In this document: positions 18,291 to 28,465 of the stretch, one piece after another | Layout: every line of letters begins with the position of its first letter | Position numbering within the stretch: the stretch's first letter is position 1 | Origin: Planctomycetota bacterium | GTDB lineage: Bacteria; Planctomycetota; B15-G4; JADJEK01 | Assembly (NCBI GenBank): GCA_044225365.1 | Contig: JBGAIQ010000002.1 | Coordinates: 192,001 to 256,000, forward strand | Direction: 5' to 3' | Length of the DNA: 64,000 nt | Notes under the pieces: model-generated | Databases searched by the model: none | What the model saw: only the letters and a program-made list of their open reading frames with translations | Told to the model about the DNA's origin: nothing | Translations under genes and position numbers: made by a program

Positions 18291-19658
18291 TCAGCCGGCA
18301 TGGCTCGGGCTGTAGACGTTCGTCGCGCCCTTCAGTTCACGCGAAAGTATGGATTGGATGCGATGGATCGCGTTCGCGTCGTGCTCGGAAGTGAGGACGT
18401 AGAACTTCCAGAGATTCCGATACGAGGCCTCGAGGTCTTTGAGACGCGGTACACGATCGGAGAAATCGGAGAGGGGACGAACGGAGGACTCGCCCGGGAA
18501 TCGCACGTGGATGCGAGCTTCTTTCAACTGCATGCGGCGCGCGGGGCAGTAGATCAGGATGTCGACGTCACGATCGAGCGTCGCGGACGCCTCGCGCTCG
18601 ATGCGTCGTTCGGCCTCGAGGCGCGTCGTGTGGCAGCCCTTGGCGAAGAAGCGGTCGAGCAGTTCCTGCTGCACGGTGGCGTTGACGTAGAGCGGATACA
18701 CCCCGGCGCGCTTCATCAGCTTTCGCGCGCGGAAGCGGGCGAGCAGTCGCCGGGCGCGAGCCTTCAGCTCGCCGCCGTCGTACTCGCAGGCTTCGAGGAA
18801 CGCGACGAGCGAGTCGTCCGTCTTGTCGTAGAAGTCTTCCTCCTTCGCGGCGCCGGAGACGATCGAGTACTCGACGGCCTTGGCGATGAGCGCGCCCGCG
18901 GCGATCTTCGCGTGGTGATAGTAGACGCGCTCGCTGAAGTAGTAGCGCGCTTCGAGCATGCGGACGATCTCGGAGAGCACGTCCTCGCGAACGAGTCCGC
19001 GCTTGCTGACGTCGATGAACAGATTGCCGCTCGCGCGGTCGACGCGGAACGATTCGATGAGTCGCGGGTCGTAGGCGAGCTGCAAGCCCGTGTAGTAAGC
19101 GTCGCGCTTCAGATAGTCGAAGATGTCGGAACAGATCGTGTCGCTGATGATCTGCTTCCACGAGACCGGAACCTTGTCGGCGAGCGGGCCGGCCTCGAGG
19201 ATGCCGAGGACTTCGTCGCGCACTCGCAGCTCCGAGAGCCGTTTTCCCAGCTCGCCGATCGTGAGGCCGAGTTCGATCCGTCGCGGAGTGTCGTGTCGCT
19301 CGAACAGGCCGGTCTGATCCTCGATGTTGTGCCCGAACGGGATGTGCGTCACGTCGTGCAGCAGCGCCGCGAAGCGAATGATTCGCTCCTCGTCGCGGTT
19401 GATGCCGACGTAGTTCGCGGGATCGAACGCTCGATTGCGCTCGATGGCTTCGATCATCCGGCTCGCCATGTGGCACGAGCCGATCATGTGCTCGAAACGC
19501 GTGTGGTGCGCGCCGGGGAACACGAGGTACGCCGTGCCGAGTTGCCGCACGCCCCGCGTGCGTTGGAACTCGGGAGTGTCGATCAGCGACAGCTCTTCGC
19601 CGGTGAGGCGGATGTCGCCGTGGACGGGATCACGGATGACCGAGGACTTGCGGACCAT
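18291..19658 (-). CDS. HD-domain phosphohydrolase, YdhJ/SAMHD1-like putative dNTP triphosphohydrolase
   Basis: Start MVRKSS at 19658. RDPVHG, IDTPEFQR..VRQLG, HTRFEH, LLHDVTHIPFGH, DIFDYLKRD, VYYHH. Confidence 0.9.
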   Translation of the reverse strand: MVRKSSVIRDPVHGDIRLTGEELSLIDTPEFQRTRGVRQLGTAYLVFPGAHHTRFEHMIGSCHMASRMIEAIERNRAFDPANYVGINRDEERIIRFAALLHDVTHIPFGHNIEDQTGLFERHDTPRRIELGLTIGELGKRLSELRVRDEVLGILEAGPLADKVPVSWKQIISDTICSDIFDYLKRDAYYTGLQLAYDPRLIESFRVDRASGNLFIDVSKRGLVREDVLSEIVRMLEARYYFSERVYYHHAKIAAGALIAKAVEYSIVSGAAKEEDFYDKTDDSLVAFLEACEYDGGELKARARRLLARFRARKLMKRAGVYPLYVNATVQQELLDRFFAKGCHTTRLEAERRIEREASATLDRDVDILIYCPARRMQLKEARIHVRFPGESSVRPLSDFSDRVPRLKDLEASYRNLWKFYVLTSEHDANAIHRIQSILSRELKGATNVYSPSHAG

Positions 19659-19710
19659 GTGGGGAGGATACGAAGGCGATGGGCGAATGGCGATCGGCAG
19701 GTCGCGGCGG

Positions 19711-20685
19711 TCACCAATTTCGCGCCAGGCTCCGGCGCAGGTCCTCGCGGGGCATGTTGGCGAAATCGGGTTCGATCGCGGCAATTCGGGATTCGACGGC
19801 GTGGCGCACTCGCGCGCTCGCGTGATCGAGCAGGTAGAAGAACGTGAGCGACGCGCGGGGACGGCGCGGAGAGAGGAGGATCGCGATCTCGGAGTCGCTC
19901 GGCTCTTTCGCGCCGTCGATCGAGAGGACGATCTTCTTGAACTCCTCGGGATCGTCGGACCAGAACGGGGTACTCGGGCCGCGGCTCGGGGTCGCAATGC
20001 ACTCCGCGCCAGCCGGAACGTGGACCTTGCGTCCCGCGGATTCGAACGAGACGGCGCCGATGTCGACCGCGAGGAGCGTCGATCCGTCATCGCGGACGGT
20101 GGCTTCGTAGATGCAGCCGAGATCGACGGCGATGCCCGATGGTGTGCCGACCTGGAAGAGTCGGGGCGCCGCAAAGATGGACGCGCGCAGCTTGCCCTTC
20201 TCGAGGTGGACGAGGTAGCCCGAAGCGTCGTCCTGCCGATCCGATTCGTCGATGCGCATCTGTGCGCCGCTCTCGAGGACGACGGAGCCGAGGCCCGACA
20301 CGCGCACGCGGGCCCGTCCATTGGATTGGCAAAGTACTTTGCTGCCGGGAGGAAGCATCTCGGAATCGAGATCACCGTCGATCGAGCGCCCATCGCGATC
20401 GACGACCGCGACCTGGCCTTCGAGGCGCTCGAGGGAGTAGGGGGACGTCGCGATCCGCTGCGTTCGCGGTGGATCGATTCGCGAATCCGGCGCGAACTCG
20501 TAGAGACCGAGGACGCCGAGGAGGAGCACGGCCGCGGCCGCGAGGAGCGGGAGCACTTTCGGTTGGCGACGGAACTGGCGATCACGGATGCGCCGGCGAT
20601 GCGGCGAAAGCAGCGTCTCCAGGCGCTCGATCTCGGGATCCGGTTCGCCGCTCTTGCTCCAGAGATAGTCGTCGTTCATGTCCAT
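19711..20685 (-). CDS. FecR-domain anti-sigma factor
   Basis: DDYLW...PDPEI N-terminus, TM helix, FecR-like LEKGKL..FQVGTPSG.AVDLG. Overlaps the ECF gene stop. Confidence 0.8.
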   Translation of the reverse strand: MDMNDDYLWSKSGEPDPEIERLETLLSPHRRRIRDRQFRRQPKVLPLLAAAAVLLLGVLGLYEFAPDSRIDPPRTQRIATSPYSLERLEGQVAVVDRDGRSIDGDLDSEMLPPGSKVLCQSNGRARVRVSGLGSVVLESGAQMRIDESDRQDDASGYLVHLEKGKLRASIFAAPRLFQVGTPSGIAVDLGCIYEATVRDDGSTLLAVDIGAVSFESAGRKVHVPAGAECIATPSRGPSTPFWSDDPEEFKKIVLSIDGAKEPSDSEIAILLSPRRPRASLTFFYLLDHASARVRHAVESRIAAIEPDFANMPREDLRRSLARNW

Positions 20686-21314
20686 CCTCGCTCACGCAAG
20701 GCGTTGCGAAGGAGTTCCATTCCGCGCGTGAGGTTGACGCGTACCGAGCCATGCGTGAGGCCGGTCAGCGCCGCGATCTCCGGTCCAGAGAGGCCTTCGA
20801 CGAGACGGAGCGCGAGCGTCTCGCGATACGCCTCCGGCAACGACTCGAGGACGCGAAGGACATCGCTCGTCGTCGCCGCGCACGACGCGCCGCAGTCGTG
20901 GGCGACGACATCGTGCTCGAGAACCGCCGTGCGGCTTCGTGTCCTCGCCGCCATCGCGACGCGCGCGGCGCGGTGGCGCGCGATCTGAGCGATCCAGCCG
21001 CCGAAGTGTTCGTCGGACCGCAGGCTTTTTAGACTCCTGAATGCCGCGAGGAACACCTCTTGCTCCACGTCGTCCGCTTCGCGGGCGGCGCCGTGGGCCA
21101 CCGCGAGCGCGTGGACGAGCCGGCAGTACTTGGCATGCAATGCGGTGAAGGCGCGCTCGTCGCCATGGCGCGCCCGCGCGACGAGTGCTTCGTCCTCGAA
21201 TGCGCGATCGCTCTGCGCCACGGGAGTGGCGCTAGGTTCGCGGATCTCCAAGCGCGCGATGCCTTCCACGTTCACGATCGGCTCAGGTGAGTTCGTCCGA
21301 CCGAAAGAGTCCAC
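20676..21314 (-). CDS. ECF RNA polymerase sigma-70 factor
   Basis: Region 2 GDERAF..ADDVEQEVF...GWIAQIARH; region 4 LPEAYRETLALR..EGLSGPEIA...GSVRVNLTRG. Confidence 0.92.
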   Translation of the reverse strand: MDSFGRTNSPEPIVNVEGIARLEIREPSATPVAQSDRAFEDEALVARARHGDERAFTALHAKYCRLVHALAVAHGAAREADDVEQEVFLAAFRSLKSLRSDEHFGGWIAQIARHRAARVAMAARTRSRTAVLEHDVVAHDCGASCAATTSDVLRVLESLPEAYRETLALRLVEGLSGPEIAALTGLTHGSVRVNLTRGMELLRNALRERGWT

Positions 21315-21404
21315 CGGTTCTTCCGATGTTAACAGCGCTCCGAAGAACTCGGGCGGGGGTGCTTGGCGCCTCTCCGGCTCACACCGTGACGTCCCACCGG
21401 GACC

Positions 21405-21511
21405 TGGCGGCGGCGGACGCGGTCCAAAACCGCCAAAATGGTTGTCGGCGGCGGACGCGGTCCAAAACCGCCAAAAGGTTGGCGGCGGCGGACGCGGTCC
21501 GAGTCCGCCAA
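21405..21511. repeat. Three tandem 37-38-bp hairpin-forming units
   Basis: (t)tg(g/t)cggcggcggacgcggtcc(aaaa/gagt)ccgccaa occurs three times, starting near 21405, 21442 and 21479. Confidence 0.85.
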
Positions 21512-21656
21512 GTCTCCCGATCGAAACCCAACCGCGCCGGGAGCCTCCTTGCGAGAGGCGCCGGCGCGGTTGAGTACATCGTTCTCCGTCCTTCTTGGGG
21601 ACGTTCTTCTAGGAGGCCTCCGGGTTTCGGCCCCTTGGCCGTGAGGCTCTTCTATT

Positions 21657-22013
21657 TCAGGCCGTGAGTTCCGCGATCTTCTCGGTGACGCGTACGACGC
21701 GACCGTTCGCGAAACTCAGAGTCGTGACGTAGAGACAGGGCGCGTTGTTCACGTCCATGCCCTTGCGTCCGAACTGCCATTCGACGTGATCATCCGGACC
21801 GAACAGGATGCACTCGGGCTGTCCTGCGCAGGCCCGCACTTCGCCCGGCGTCATGCCAAGGCGTGCTGCAGGCGCCGCAAAACGGCCATTCTTCTTCGTT
21901 GGAGCAGTCATCGCCGCAGGCTTGCGGAGCTTGCTGGTCTCGCGACCATCGTCTCCGCCCGCCTGTCTGGCGCGGCCCGCCGCCGTCGTGCGCTTCGCCA
22001 AACGAACTACCAT
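21657..22013 (-). CDS. Small hypothetical protein, possible SmpA/BamE-like fold
   Basis: LGMTPGEVRACAGQP...EWQF...LSFANGRV pattern; GGAG RBS upstream; no signal peptide. Confidence 0.5.
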   Translation of the reverse strand: MVVRLAKRTTAAGRARQAGGDDGRETSKLRKPAAMTAPTKKNGRFAAPAARLGMTPGEVRACAGQPECILFGPDDHVEWQFGRKGMDVNNAPCLYVTTLSFANGRVVRVTEKIAELTA

Positions 22014-22175
22014 GGGTCAACTCCCAACCGAGAACTTGGTCGAATTCGACCGCCACTCTCATCGGACACGTGGACCTTCGAGCTTTAGTCGTTCCCGGAC
22101 AATCCTCGAATCGGGATAATGCTCCCTTCGAATTCGAACCCACTATCGCTCGTCAAGAAGCCCGTGAAGTCCCCT

Positions 22176-23825
22176 ATGACCTCTCGCAAGATCCAAGCAC
22201 CTCGTGGCCCGAAGCTGTCGTGCGCGAATTGGCAGATCGAAGCGCCGATGCGCATGCTCATGAACAACCTCGATCCCGAGGTCGCGGAGGATCCCGCCAA
22301 TCTCGTCGTTTATGGAGGATCGGGGAGAGCCGCACGGAACTGGGCCTGCTTCGATGCGATTGTCGCCGCGCTGAAGAAGCTCGCGCCCGACGAGACGCTC
22401 CTCGTGCAATCCGGCAAGCCCGTCGGCGTGCTGCGCACGCACACCGACGCTCCGCGTGTGCTGATCGCGAATTCGAACCTCGTGCCGCACTGGGCGAGCT
22501 TCCAGTACTTCAACGAGCTGGAGAAGAAGGGCCTCATCATGTACGGCCAGATGACGGCCGGGTCCTGGATCTACATCGGGAGCCAGGGGATCGTCCAAGG
22601 CACGTACGAGACCTTCGCCGAGGCGGCGCGGCAGCACTTCGGAGGAAGCCTGGCCGGGCGACTCGTCGTCACGGGCGGACTCGGCGGGATGGGCGGCGCC
22701 CAACCGCTCGCCGCGGTGATGGCGGGTGCGACGTTCCTTTCGGCGGAGGTCGATCCGAAGCGTAGTCAGAAGCGGATCGACACGCGCTACCTCGATCACC
22801 TCGAGAGCGATCTCGACAAGGCGATCGCGATGGCGCAGGACTTCAAGGCGAAGAAGCTCGCGAAGTCCGTCGGCTGGACCGGCAACATCGTCGACCTGCT
22901 CCACGAGCTGATCCGCCGCAAGATCGTTCCGGATCTGCTCACGGATCAAACGAGCGCGCACGATCCGTTGAACGGTTATCTGCCGAGGGGCATGACGCTC
23001 GAGACCGGCGCCGCGCTGCGCAAGGACGATCCGAAGGCGTACATCGAGCGCGCGAAGGACTCGATGGCCGACCACATCCGCGCGATGCTCGAGCTCAAGA
23101 AGATGGGCGCGGTGGTGTTCGATTACGGCAACAACCTCCGCGGCCAGGCGCTCGAGCGCGGCGTGACGAACGCCTTCGACTTCCCCGGCTTCGTGCCGGC
23201 CTACATCCGCCCGTTGTTCTGCGAGGGCAAGGGGCCGTTCCGCTGGGCCGCGCTCTCCGGCGATCCCGCCGACATCGCCGCGACGGACGAAGCCGTGCTC
23301 GAGCTGTTCCCGCACGACACGATGCTCGCCAATTGGCTGCGTCTCGCGAAGGAGCGTATCGCGTTCCAAGGCCTTCCGGCGCGCATCTGCTGGCTCGGAC
23401 AGGGCGATCGCGCGAGGGCGGGGCTGAAGTTCAACGAGATGGTGAAGCAGGGCCGATTGAAAGCCCCGATCGTGATCGGCCGCGATCATCTCGACACGGG
23501 TTCGGTGGCGTCACCCAACCGCGAGACCGAGGCGATGAAGGACGGCTCGGACGCGATCGCGGACTGGCCGATCCTCAACGCGATGGTCAACGTCGCGTCC
23601 GGCGCGACGTGGGTGTCGTTCCATCACGGCGGCGGAGTCGGCATCGGCTACTCGCTGCATGCCGGTCAGGTGATCTGCGTCGACGGCACCGACGCCGCGG
23701 CGCGGCGCATCGAGCGCGTCCTCACCAACGACCCGGCGATGGGCGTGCTGCGTCACGCCGATGCCGGGTACGAGACGGCCGTCGCGGTCGCGAAGGCGAA
23801 GGGGATCGAGCGGCCAATGGCGTGA
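22176..23825 (+). CDS. hutU: Urocanate hydratase
   Basis: [66 protein letters not shown]. Confidence 0.97.
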   Translation: MTSRKIQAPRGPKLSCANWQIEAPMRMLMNNLDPEVAEDPANLVVYGGSGRAARNWACFDAIVAALKKLAPDETLLVQSGKPVGVLRTHTDAPRVLIANSNLVPHWASFQYFNELEKKGLIMYGQMTAGSWIYIGSQGIVQGTYETFAEAARQHFGGSLAGRLVVTGGLGGMGGAQPLAAVMAGATFLSAEVDPKRSQKRIDTRYLDHLESDLDKAIAMAQDFKAKKLAKSVGWTGNIVDLLHELIRRKIVPDLLTDQTSAHDPLNGYLPRGMTLETGAALRKDDPKAYIERAKDSMADHIRAMLELKKMGAVVFDYGNNLRGQALERGVTNAFDFPGFVPAYIRPLFCEGKGPFRWAALSGDPADIAATDEAVLELFPHDTMLANWLRLAKERIAFQGLPARICWLGQGDRARAGLKFNEMVKQGRLKAPIVIGRDHLDTGSVASPNRETEAMKDGSDAIADWPILNAMVNVASGATWVSFHHGGGVGIGYSLHAGQVICVDGTDAAARRIERVLTNDPAMGVLRHADAGYETAVAVAKAKGIERPMA

Positions 23826-23849
23826 AGACGTCTGCCACTCGTCGCTTCG

Positions 23850-26381
23850 TCAGCGGTGGAGAAGGACTCCGATCGAATTGTGGGCGTCGATGTTCGGCGC
23901 GATCAGGTCGTCCTTCTCGTCGCCATCGAGGTCGCGAGCGATCACGAAGGATGGATCGAGTCCGAAGTCGAACGAGAAGAGCGGGCCGAGCGTTCCTGCC
24001 CCAGTTCCAAGTCGGGCGAAGATCTGGCCGTTGTGGGCGACGATGCTCCCTCCAAGGAGATCGGATCGCGAGTCGCCGTCGATGTCGCTGACCGCAACGA
24101 AGCTGGCGTTGGTGCCGAACAGGTAGGCGTGTTTGACGGGGAAGGCGCCGCTGCCGTTGTTGATCAGGACCGTCGCAGTGCCCCCGTTGCTATTCGCGAC
24201 AGCGAGGTCCGGAATCCCGTCGCCGTTGAATTCCGCGGGCGTCACGTAGAGAGGCCCGGTGCCGACCAGGGAATTCGTCGGCGCGAGGAATCCGCCCACG
24301 CCGTTGCCGAGGCGGACCGTCACGGTGTTCGCCGCGCGATTCGCAGTGACCGCGTCGAGCTTCCCATCGCTGTCGAGATCCAAGAGCGTGACGCAGTACG
24401 GTTGGGTTCCGACCGAATACGTCGACTGCGCGGCGAATCCGCCCGCGCCATTCCCGAGCAGCACGCTGATCGAGTTCGCGCCGGCGTTCGAGGCCGTGAG
24501 GTCGAGCTTCCCGTCGTTGTTCAGGTCGCCGACTGCGACGCTCGTAGCCTGAGGCCCGACCGGGAACGCGACGAGGGGTGAAAAACCGCCGAGGCCGTTC
24601 CCGAGCAGGACCGTGACGTCGCCCGCCCCGAAATTCGCCGTGACGACGTCGAGCTTCTGATCGCCATTGAGATCGGCGGCGGCGATCGAATTCGGCTGTG
24701 CGTGGACGGGGGCGGGCGATTTGGGACCGAACGCCCCGTGTCCATCGCCGCGCAGGATCGTGATCGTGTTGGAAGTCTGGTTCGCCGTGACGACGTCGAC
24801 CTTGCCGTCGGCATCGAAGTCACCGGCCACGGCGGAGAACGGCGTCGCGCCCGTGGAGTAGGTCTTCAATCGAAGACTGCCGAGGCCGTCACCGAGCACG
24901 ATGAGAGCGCCGTTCCCCCGCGATGCCACGAGGTCGACCGCTCCATCGGCGTCCATGTCGACGAGCCTCGTCTCGGTGGCGCTACCACCGACAGTGAGCA
25001 CGCTCTGCGGAGCGAACGTACCGACGCCGGCCGTCGACGTGTTGATGTAGAGCGAGGTGTCGCCCGAGCCTTGATTCGTCGCCGCGAGATCGAGGCGGCC
25101 GTCGCCGTCGAGATCGCCCATCGCCAGTCGGAAGGGGCCCGTACCGGCGGCGAGGATCTGCGGCGAAGAGAAGTTCCCGAGACCATCGCCGTACTCGACG
25201 ACGATCGTGTTGCCGCCGTAGTTCGCGGCCGCGAGATCGAGCTTGCCGTCCCCGTTCAGGTCGCCGGTGCGCACTGCGTACTGACCCGTTCCGCTCGGAA
25301 GGGTGTTCAGTCCCGTGAATCCTCCGGCGCCGTTGCCAAAGGCGACGACCACTTTGTTGCCCGTGAAGCTCGACGAAGCGATGTCGCGCTGGTTGTCGCC
25401 ATTGAAGTCGCCGATCGCGAGAGAATTGGGAGCCGTGCCCAACTGGATCCCGGGCTGTGCGGTGAAACCGCCGACGCCGTTGCCGAGGAAGATGGTCGCG
25501 ACCCCGTTGATGCCGAGCACCACGAGATCGTTCTTGCCGTCGGAATTCATGTCGTCGATGGCGACCGCCGTCGCGACCGATGAGATGGCGTAGTTCGTCG
25601 GCGACGAGAAGCCGCCGATGCCGTCGCCGATCAGAACGCTTGCGAAGCTCGTGCCCGAGAAGTTCTGGTTCACCGTGACGAGGTCGGGATGGTTGTCGCC
25701 ATTGAGATCGCCCGCTGCCATCGCGGAGATGCCGGGCTGCGTATGGACGATCGTCGGCGCGAGCAAGCCGCCGTTGCCATCGCCGAAGAGCAGATACGCG
25801 TTGCCCGTCGTGCCGCTGTCGCCGAGCGCGACGTCGAGGAACGTGTCCCCGTTGAGATCGCCGATCGCGAGGCTGTTCGAGGATCCATCGATCGGAGTTC
25901 CCGCCGTCGGGTAGTAAGGTCCGAGTGTCGGTTCGATCGCGACGCCGGCGGTCGCGGCGAACGTGCCGTTCGGCGCGAGCGCGTCCGATTCGAACGCCTG
26001 CATTGTGAACAGCGGAGGAAGTGGCGACGGCAGCAGTGTGGCGAATTGCAGGTCGCCGTTCGCATCGAGCGGGAACGGCCCGATCGGAATGGGCAGCATC
26101 GAGCCGAGGTTCAACGTGCATCCTGTACCCGGCATGGGGATCGCCGCCTTGGCAAGTCCGGCGAAGAGCAGCACGAACGACGAGGGAGCCGCGCCGTCGA
26201 AGTGGAGCGACATCTGCGTGCCGGGATTGGAGAAACCGAGCAGGGCGAGTGTCGGCGGCGAGCCCCCTCGATCGGGACATCCCGTGCCGTAGGTCGTGTA
26301 CCCAGCGCGCGCGCCCGACGCGAATGTGGCGATCGCCGTGACGGCGAGGGCGGCTCGTCGGAGGAAGAAGACGTAGTCCAT
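23850..26381 (-). CDS. Secreted FG-GAP/VCBS repeat protein (14 repeats)
   Basis: Start MDYVFF with signal peptide ending ARA; 14 DxxxD...D repeats (GDLNGDG.LD type). Confidence 0.9.
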   Translation of the reverse strand: MDYVFFLRRAALAVTAIATFASGARAGYTTYGTGCPDRGGSPPTLALLGFSNPGTQMSLHFDGAAPSSFVLLFAGLAKAAIPMPGTGCTLNLGSMLPIPIGPFPLDANGDLQFATLLPSPLPPLFTMQAFESDALAPNGTFAATAGVAIEPTLGPYYPTAGTPIDGSSNSLAIGDLNGDTFLDVALGDSGTTGNAYLLFGDGNGGLLAPTIVHTQPGISAMAAGDLNGDNHPDLVTVNQNFSGTSFASVLIGDGIGGFSSPTNYAISSVATAVAIDDMNSDGKNDLVVLGINGVATIFLGNGVGGFTAQPGIQLGTAPNSLAIGDFNGDNQRDIASSSFTGNKVVVAFGNGAGGFTGLNTLPSGTGQYAVRTGDLNGDGKLDLAAANYGGNTIVVEYGDGLGNFSSPQILAAGTGPFRLAMGDLDGDGRLDLAATNQGSGDTSLYINTSTAGVGTFAPQSVLTVGGSATETRLVDMDADGAVDLVASRGNGALIVLGDGLGSLRLKTYSTGATPFSAVAGDFDADGKVDVVTANQTSNTITILRGDGHGAFGPKSPAPVHAQPNSIAAADLNGDQKLDVVTANFGAGDVTVLLGNGLGGFSPLVAFPVGPQATSVAVGDLNNDGKLDLTASNAGANSISVLLGNGAGGFAAQSTYSVGTQPYCVTLLDLDSDGKLDAVTANRAANTVTVRLGNGVGGFLAPTNSLVGTGPLYVTPAEFNGDGIPDLAVANSNGGTATVLINNGSGAFPVKHAYLFGTNASFVAVSDIDGDSRSDLLGGSIVAHNGQIFARLGTGAGTLGPLFSFDFGLDPSFVIARDLDGDEKDDLIAPNIDAHNSIGVLLHR

Positions 26382-26597
26382 GGCGCTACCGCGACGGCGG
26401 AGACTTTGTCCGCGCCGGCGTGAAGGATCACGAGGAGGAGGTAAGAAGGAGAACGACGAATCCGCGATCTTGCTCGTGTGCGCCATGGCGCCCGACTCCG
26501 AAGACCGCTCAGCGAGGGTCAAGGTACCACGAGAACGAGTGGACGCAAGGAAGGTCTCGCCGTCCTTACGCGCCGTGCACGCTCTTCATCCCAGGGA

Positions 26598-28139
26598 TCA
26601 CGGTTCGAGCGTGAGCGTATTCCAGATCGAGACCGACTTGCGAGGACCGTAGTCGCCGGCCGAGCCGTTCCACACCGCGCAGCAGAATTCGCTCGTGCCG
26701 CCCGGCGTGAACGTGATGTCTTCCTTCGCCTTGCCCTTCAGCGAGCGGCGAACGATCACTTGCCATTCGCCCTCGACGTGGGTCGGGAGAACTTCGATTC
26801 CGGAGTCGCCGCGATTCGCCGAAGCGGTGCCGGGCCCGACGACGCTCGACGACGTCGCTTTGGTCTCGGGCTGCAGCAGACCGGCCGGCGGTTTCGTGTT
26901 GGGAGCGCCGCTGACGCTGCCCGCGAAATCGCGCGGGTAGCCTTCGTCGTGGAGCAGGTCGAAGAAGGTCGCGATCCGGTCGGGGTGGAACGCCTTCCAA
27001 TGCCATTGATTCAACGGCTGGTGGAGCGAACCCATGCCGAAGAGAGGCGGATTCGATTCGCTCGAGAACTGGAGGGCGACGCCATCGGGGAGTTTCGACT
27101 TGCCGAGCGCGCGATCGTCCCGCGTCTCGTCGTGCCAGCGCAGGCGGAACGCGATCGATTTGCCGTCGTGGAGGGCCGCGACCTTCAGTTCCATGACTGC
27201 GTCGGCGCGACTCGCGAGGGGGGACAGGACGAGGCGAACTTCGCGCGCGCTCTTCCATGCGGCGTCGTCGTTCGCCGGCAGCTCCTTCACTCGCTTCGCG
27301 TCGAGTGTGAGATGCGTCTGCGTGTAGCGCTGCTCGGCTCCCTCGGGAAGGAGAGTATGGACGAAGACGGCGAGCGCCTCGGTCTCACCCGCGGCCAGTT
27401 GGGTGGGGGGCATGCCGCGACCCGGCATGCCCGCACGGATCCGCCGCGCGAGGTCTTCCACCGAGCTGCCGCCCTTCAAGATGCCTTTCCTGAGATCGCG
27501 CGCGGCGAACAGGTCGCCGTCGCGCCATCCCGGGACGACCGCGCGCCCCTCGCCGAGCACGCCGTGGCAGGCGGCGCAGCGTTCGAGGTAGATGCGCCGT
27601 CCCGTGGCGAGCGTCGATTCGTTGGCGGTCGGAAAGGCCGCGAACGGCGCGGGAATCTCCGGCGTCATCTCCCATTCCGCGAGCTTCAGCGCTTCCTGGC
27701 GATCCAATTGGTCGCCCCGCGCCTCGATCCCGCCCTGGATCCGTGTCGCGATCGCCTCGATCGAGAGTAGAGCGACGTGACTCGCGAGCAGAGTTCGATC
27801 GGCGGGAGCGAGGTTCGGGAACGCCGGCATCCCCGACCCCGGCAGGCCGTGCTCGATGACTCGTTCGATGTCGCTCGGAAGTGGGACGCCGTTGTCGCCG
27901 CTCGAGAGTTGGAAGAGGCCTTCACCGAAATCGCGAGGCGGGGGCACGAGGAGTCGCGCGATCGCGCCGCGGGCCCGGCCGTCGGCATCGTGGCAGAGCG
28001 CGCACTGCTTCGCGAACAACTCGACGGCGCGCTCGTTCGCTTTCAGGTCCTGCGCCCTCGCGCTCACCGCGAGGAAGGAACCGAGGAGAGCGAGGGAAAC
28101 CGAAACGACGGACGACGACGCGGATCTTCCGAGGTTCAT
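26598..28139 (-). CDS. Diheme cytochrome c fused to an ethylbenzene-dehydrogenase-gamma-like (DOMON heme-b) domain
   Basis: Signal peptide; CALCH and CAACH with PRDF and G.PG..MP motifs; C-terminal AFRLRWHD, DGVALQF, MGS....NQWHWKA, AVWNGS. Confidence 0.85.
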   Translation of the reverse strand: MNLGRSASSSVVSVSLALLGSFLAVSARAQDLKANERAVELFAKQCALCHDADGRARGAIARLLVPPPRDFGEGLFQLSSGDNGVPLPSDIERVIEHGLPGSGMPAFPNLAPADRTLLASHVALLSIEAIATRIQGGIEARGDQLDRQEALKLAEWEMTPEIPAPFAAFPTANESTLATGRRIYLERCAACHGVLGEGRAVVPGWRDGDLFAARDLRKGILKGGSSVEDLARRIRAGMPGRGMPPTQLAAGETEALAVFVHTLLPEGAEQRYTQTHLTLDAKRVKELPANDDAAWKSAREVRLVLSPLASRADAVMELKVAALHDGKSIAFRLRWHDETRDDRALGKSKLPDGVALQFSSESNPPLFGMGSLHQPLNQWHWKAFHPDRIATFFDLLHDEGYPRDFAGSVSGAPNTKPPAGLLQPETKATSSSVVGPGTASANRGDSGIEVLPTHVEGEWQVIVRRSLKGKAKEDITFTPGGTSEFCCAVWNGSAGDYGPRKSVSIWNTLTLEP

Positions 28140-28465
28140 GCCAACTCCAACGAGGCGATGTCGACCCGCGATGCCGGATCGTCCGAGCCACGCGCGGTCG
28201 TCGCGAACGTGCAAACGAGGGTCCGGCGTTTTCTTCGTCCTAAGGTCGCTCGATCGGAACGATAACGTCGAACCGCTCCGGCGATCGGCGCGTGATTTCC
28301 ACCTTCGCCGGGAACGCCTTCCCAGCGGCCGGCACGCCGCATCGGCCGCCGAGTTCGAGAGCGGTCGACGAGACCGCGAGGGAAAGGAAAGTCTCTCGAT
28401 CTTGTCCGGTTCGTCCCGGATTCGTCGCCGTTGGGGTCACACTCGTCCCGTCCAGGCGAATCGAC

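Noticed and set aside
21405-21511. Possible mini CRISPR array
   Set aside because: The units are contiguous with no unique spacers, and there are no cas genes or leader.
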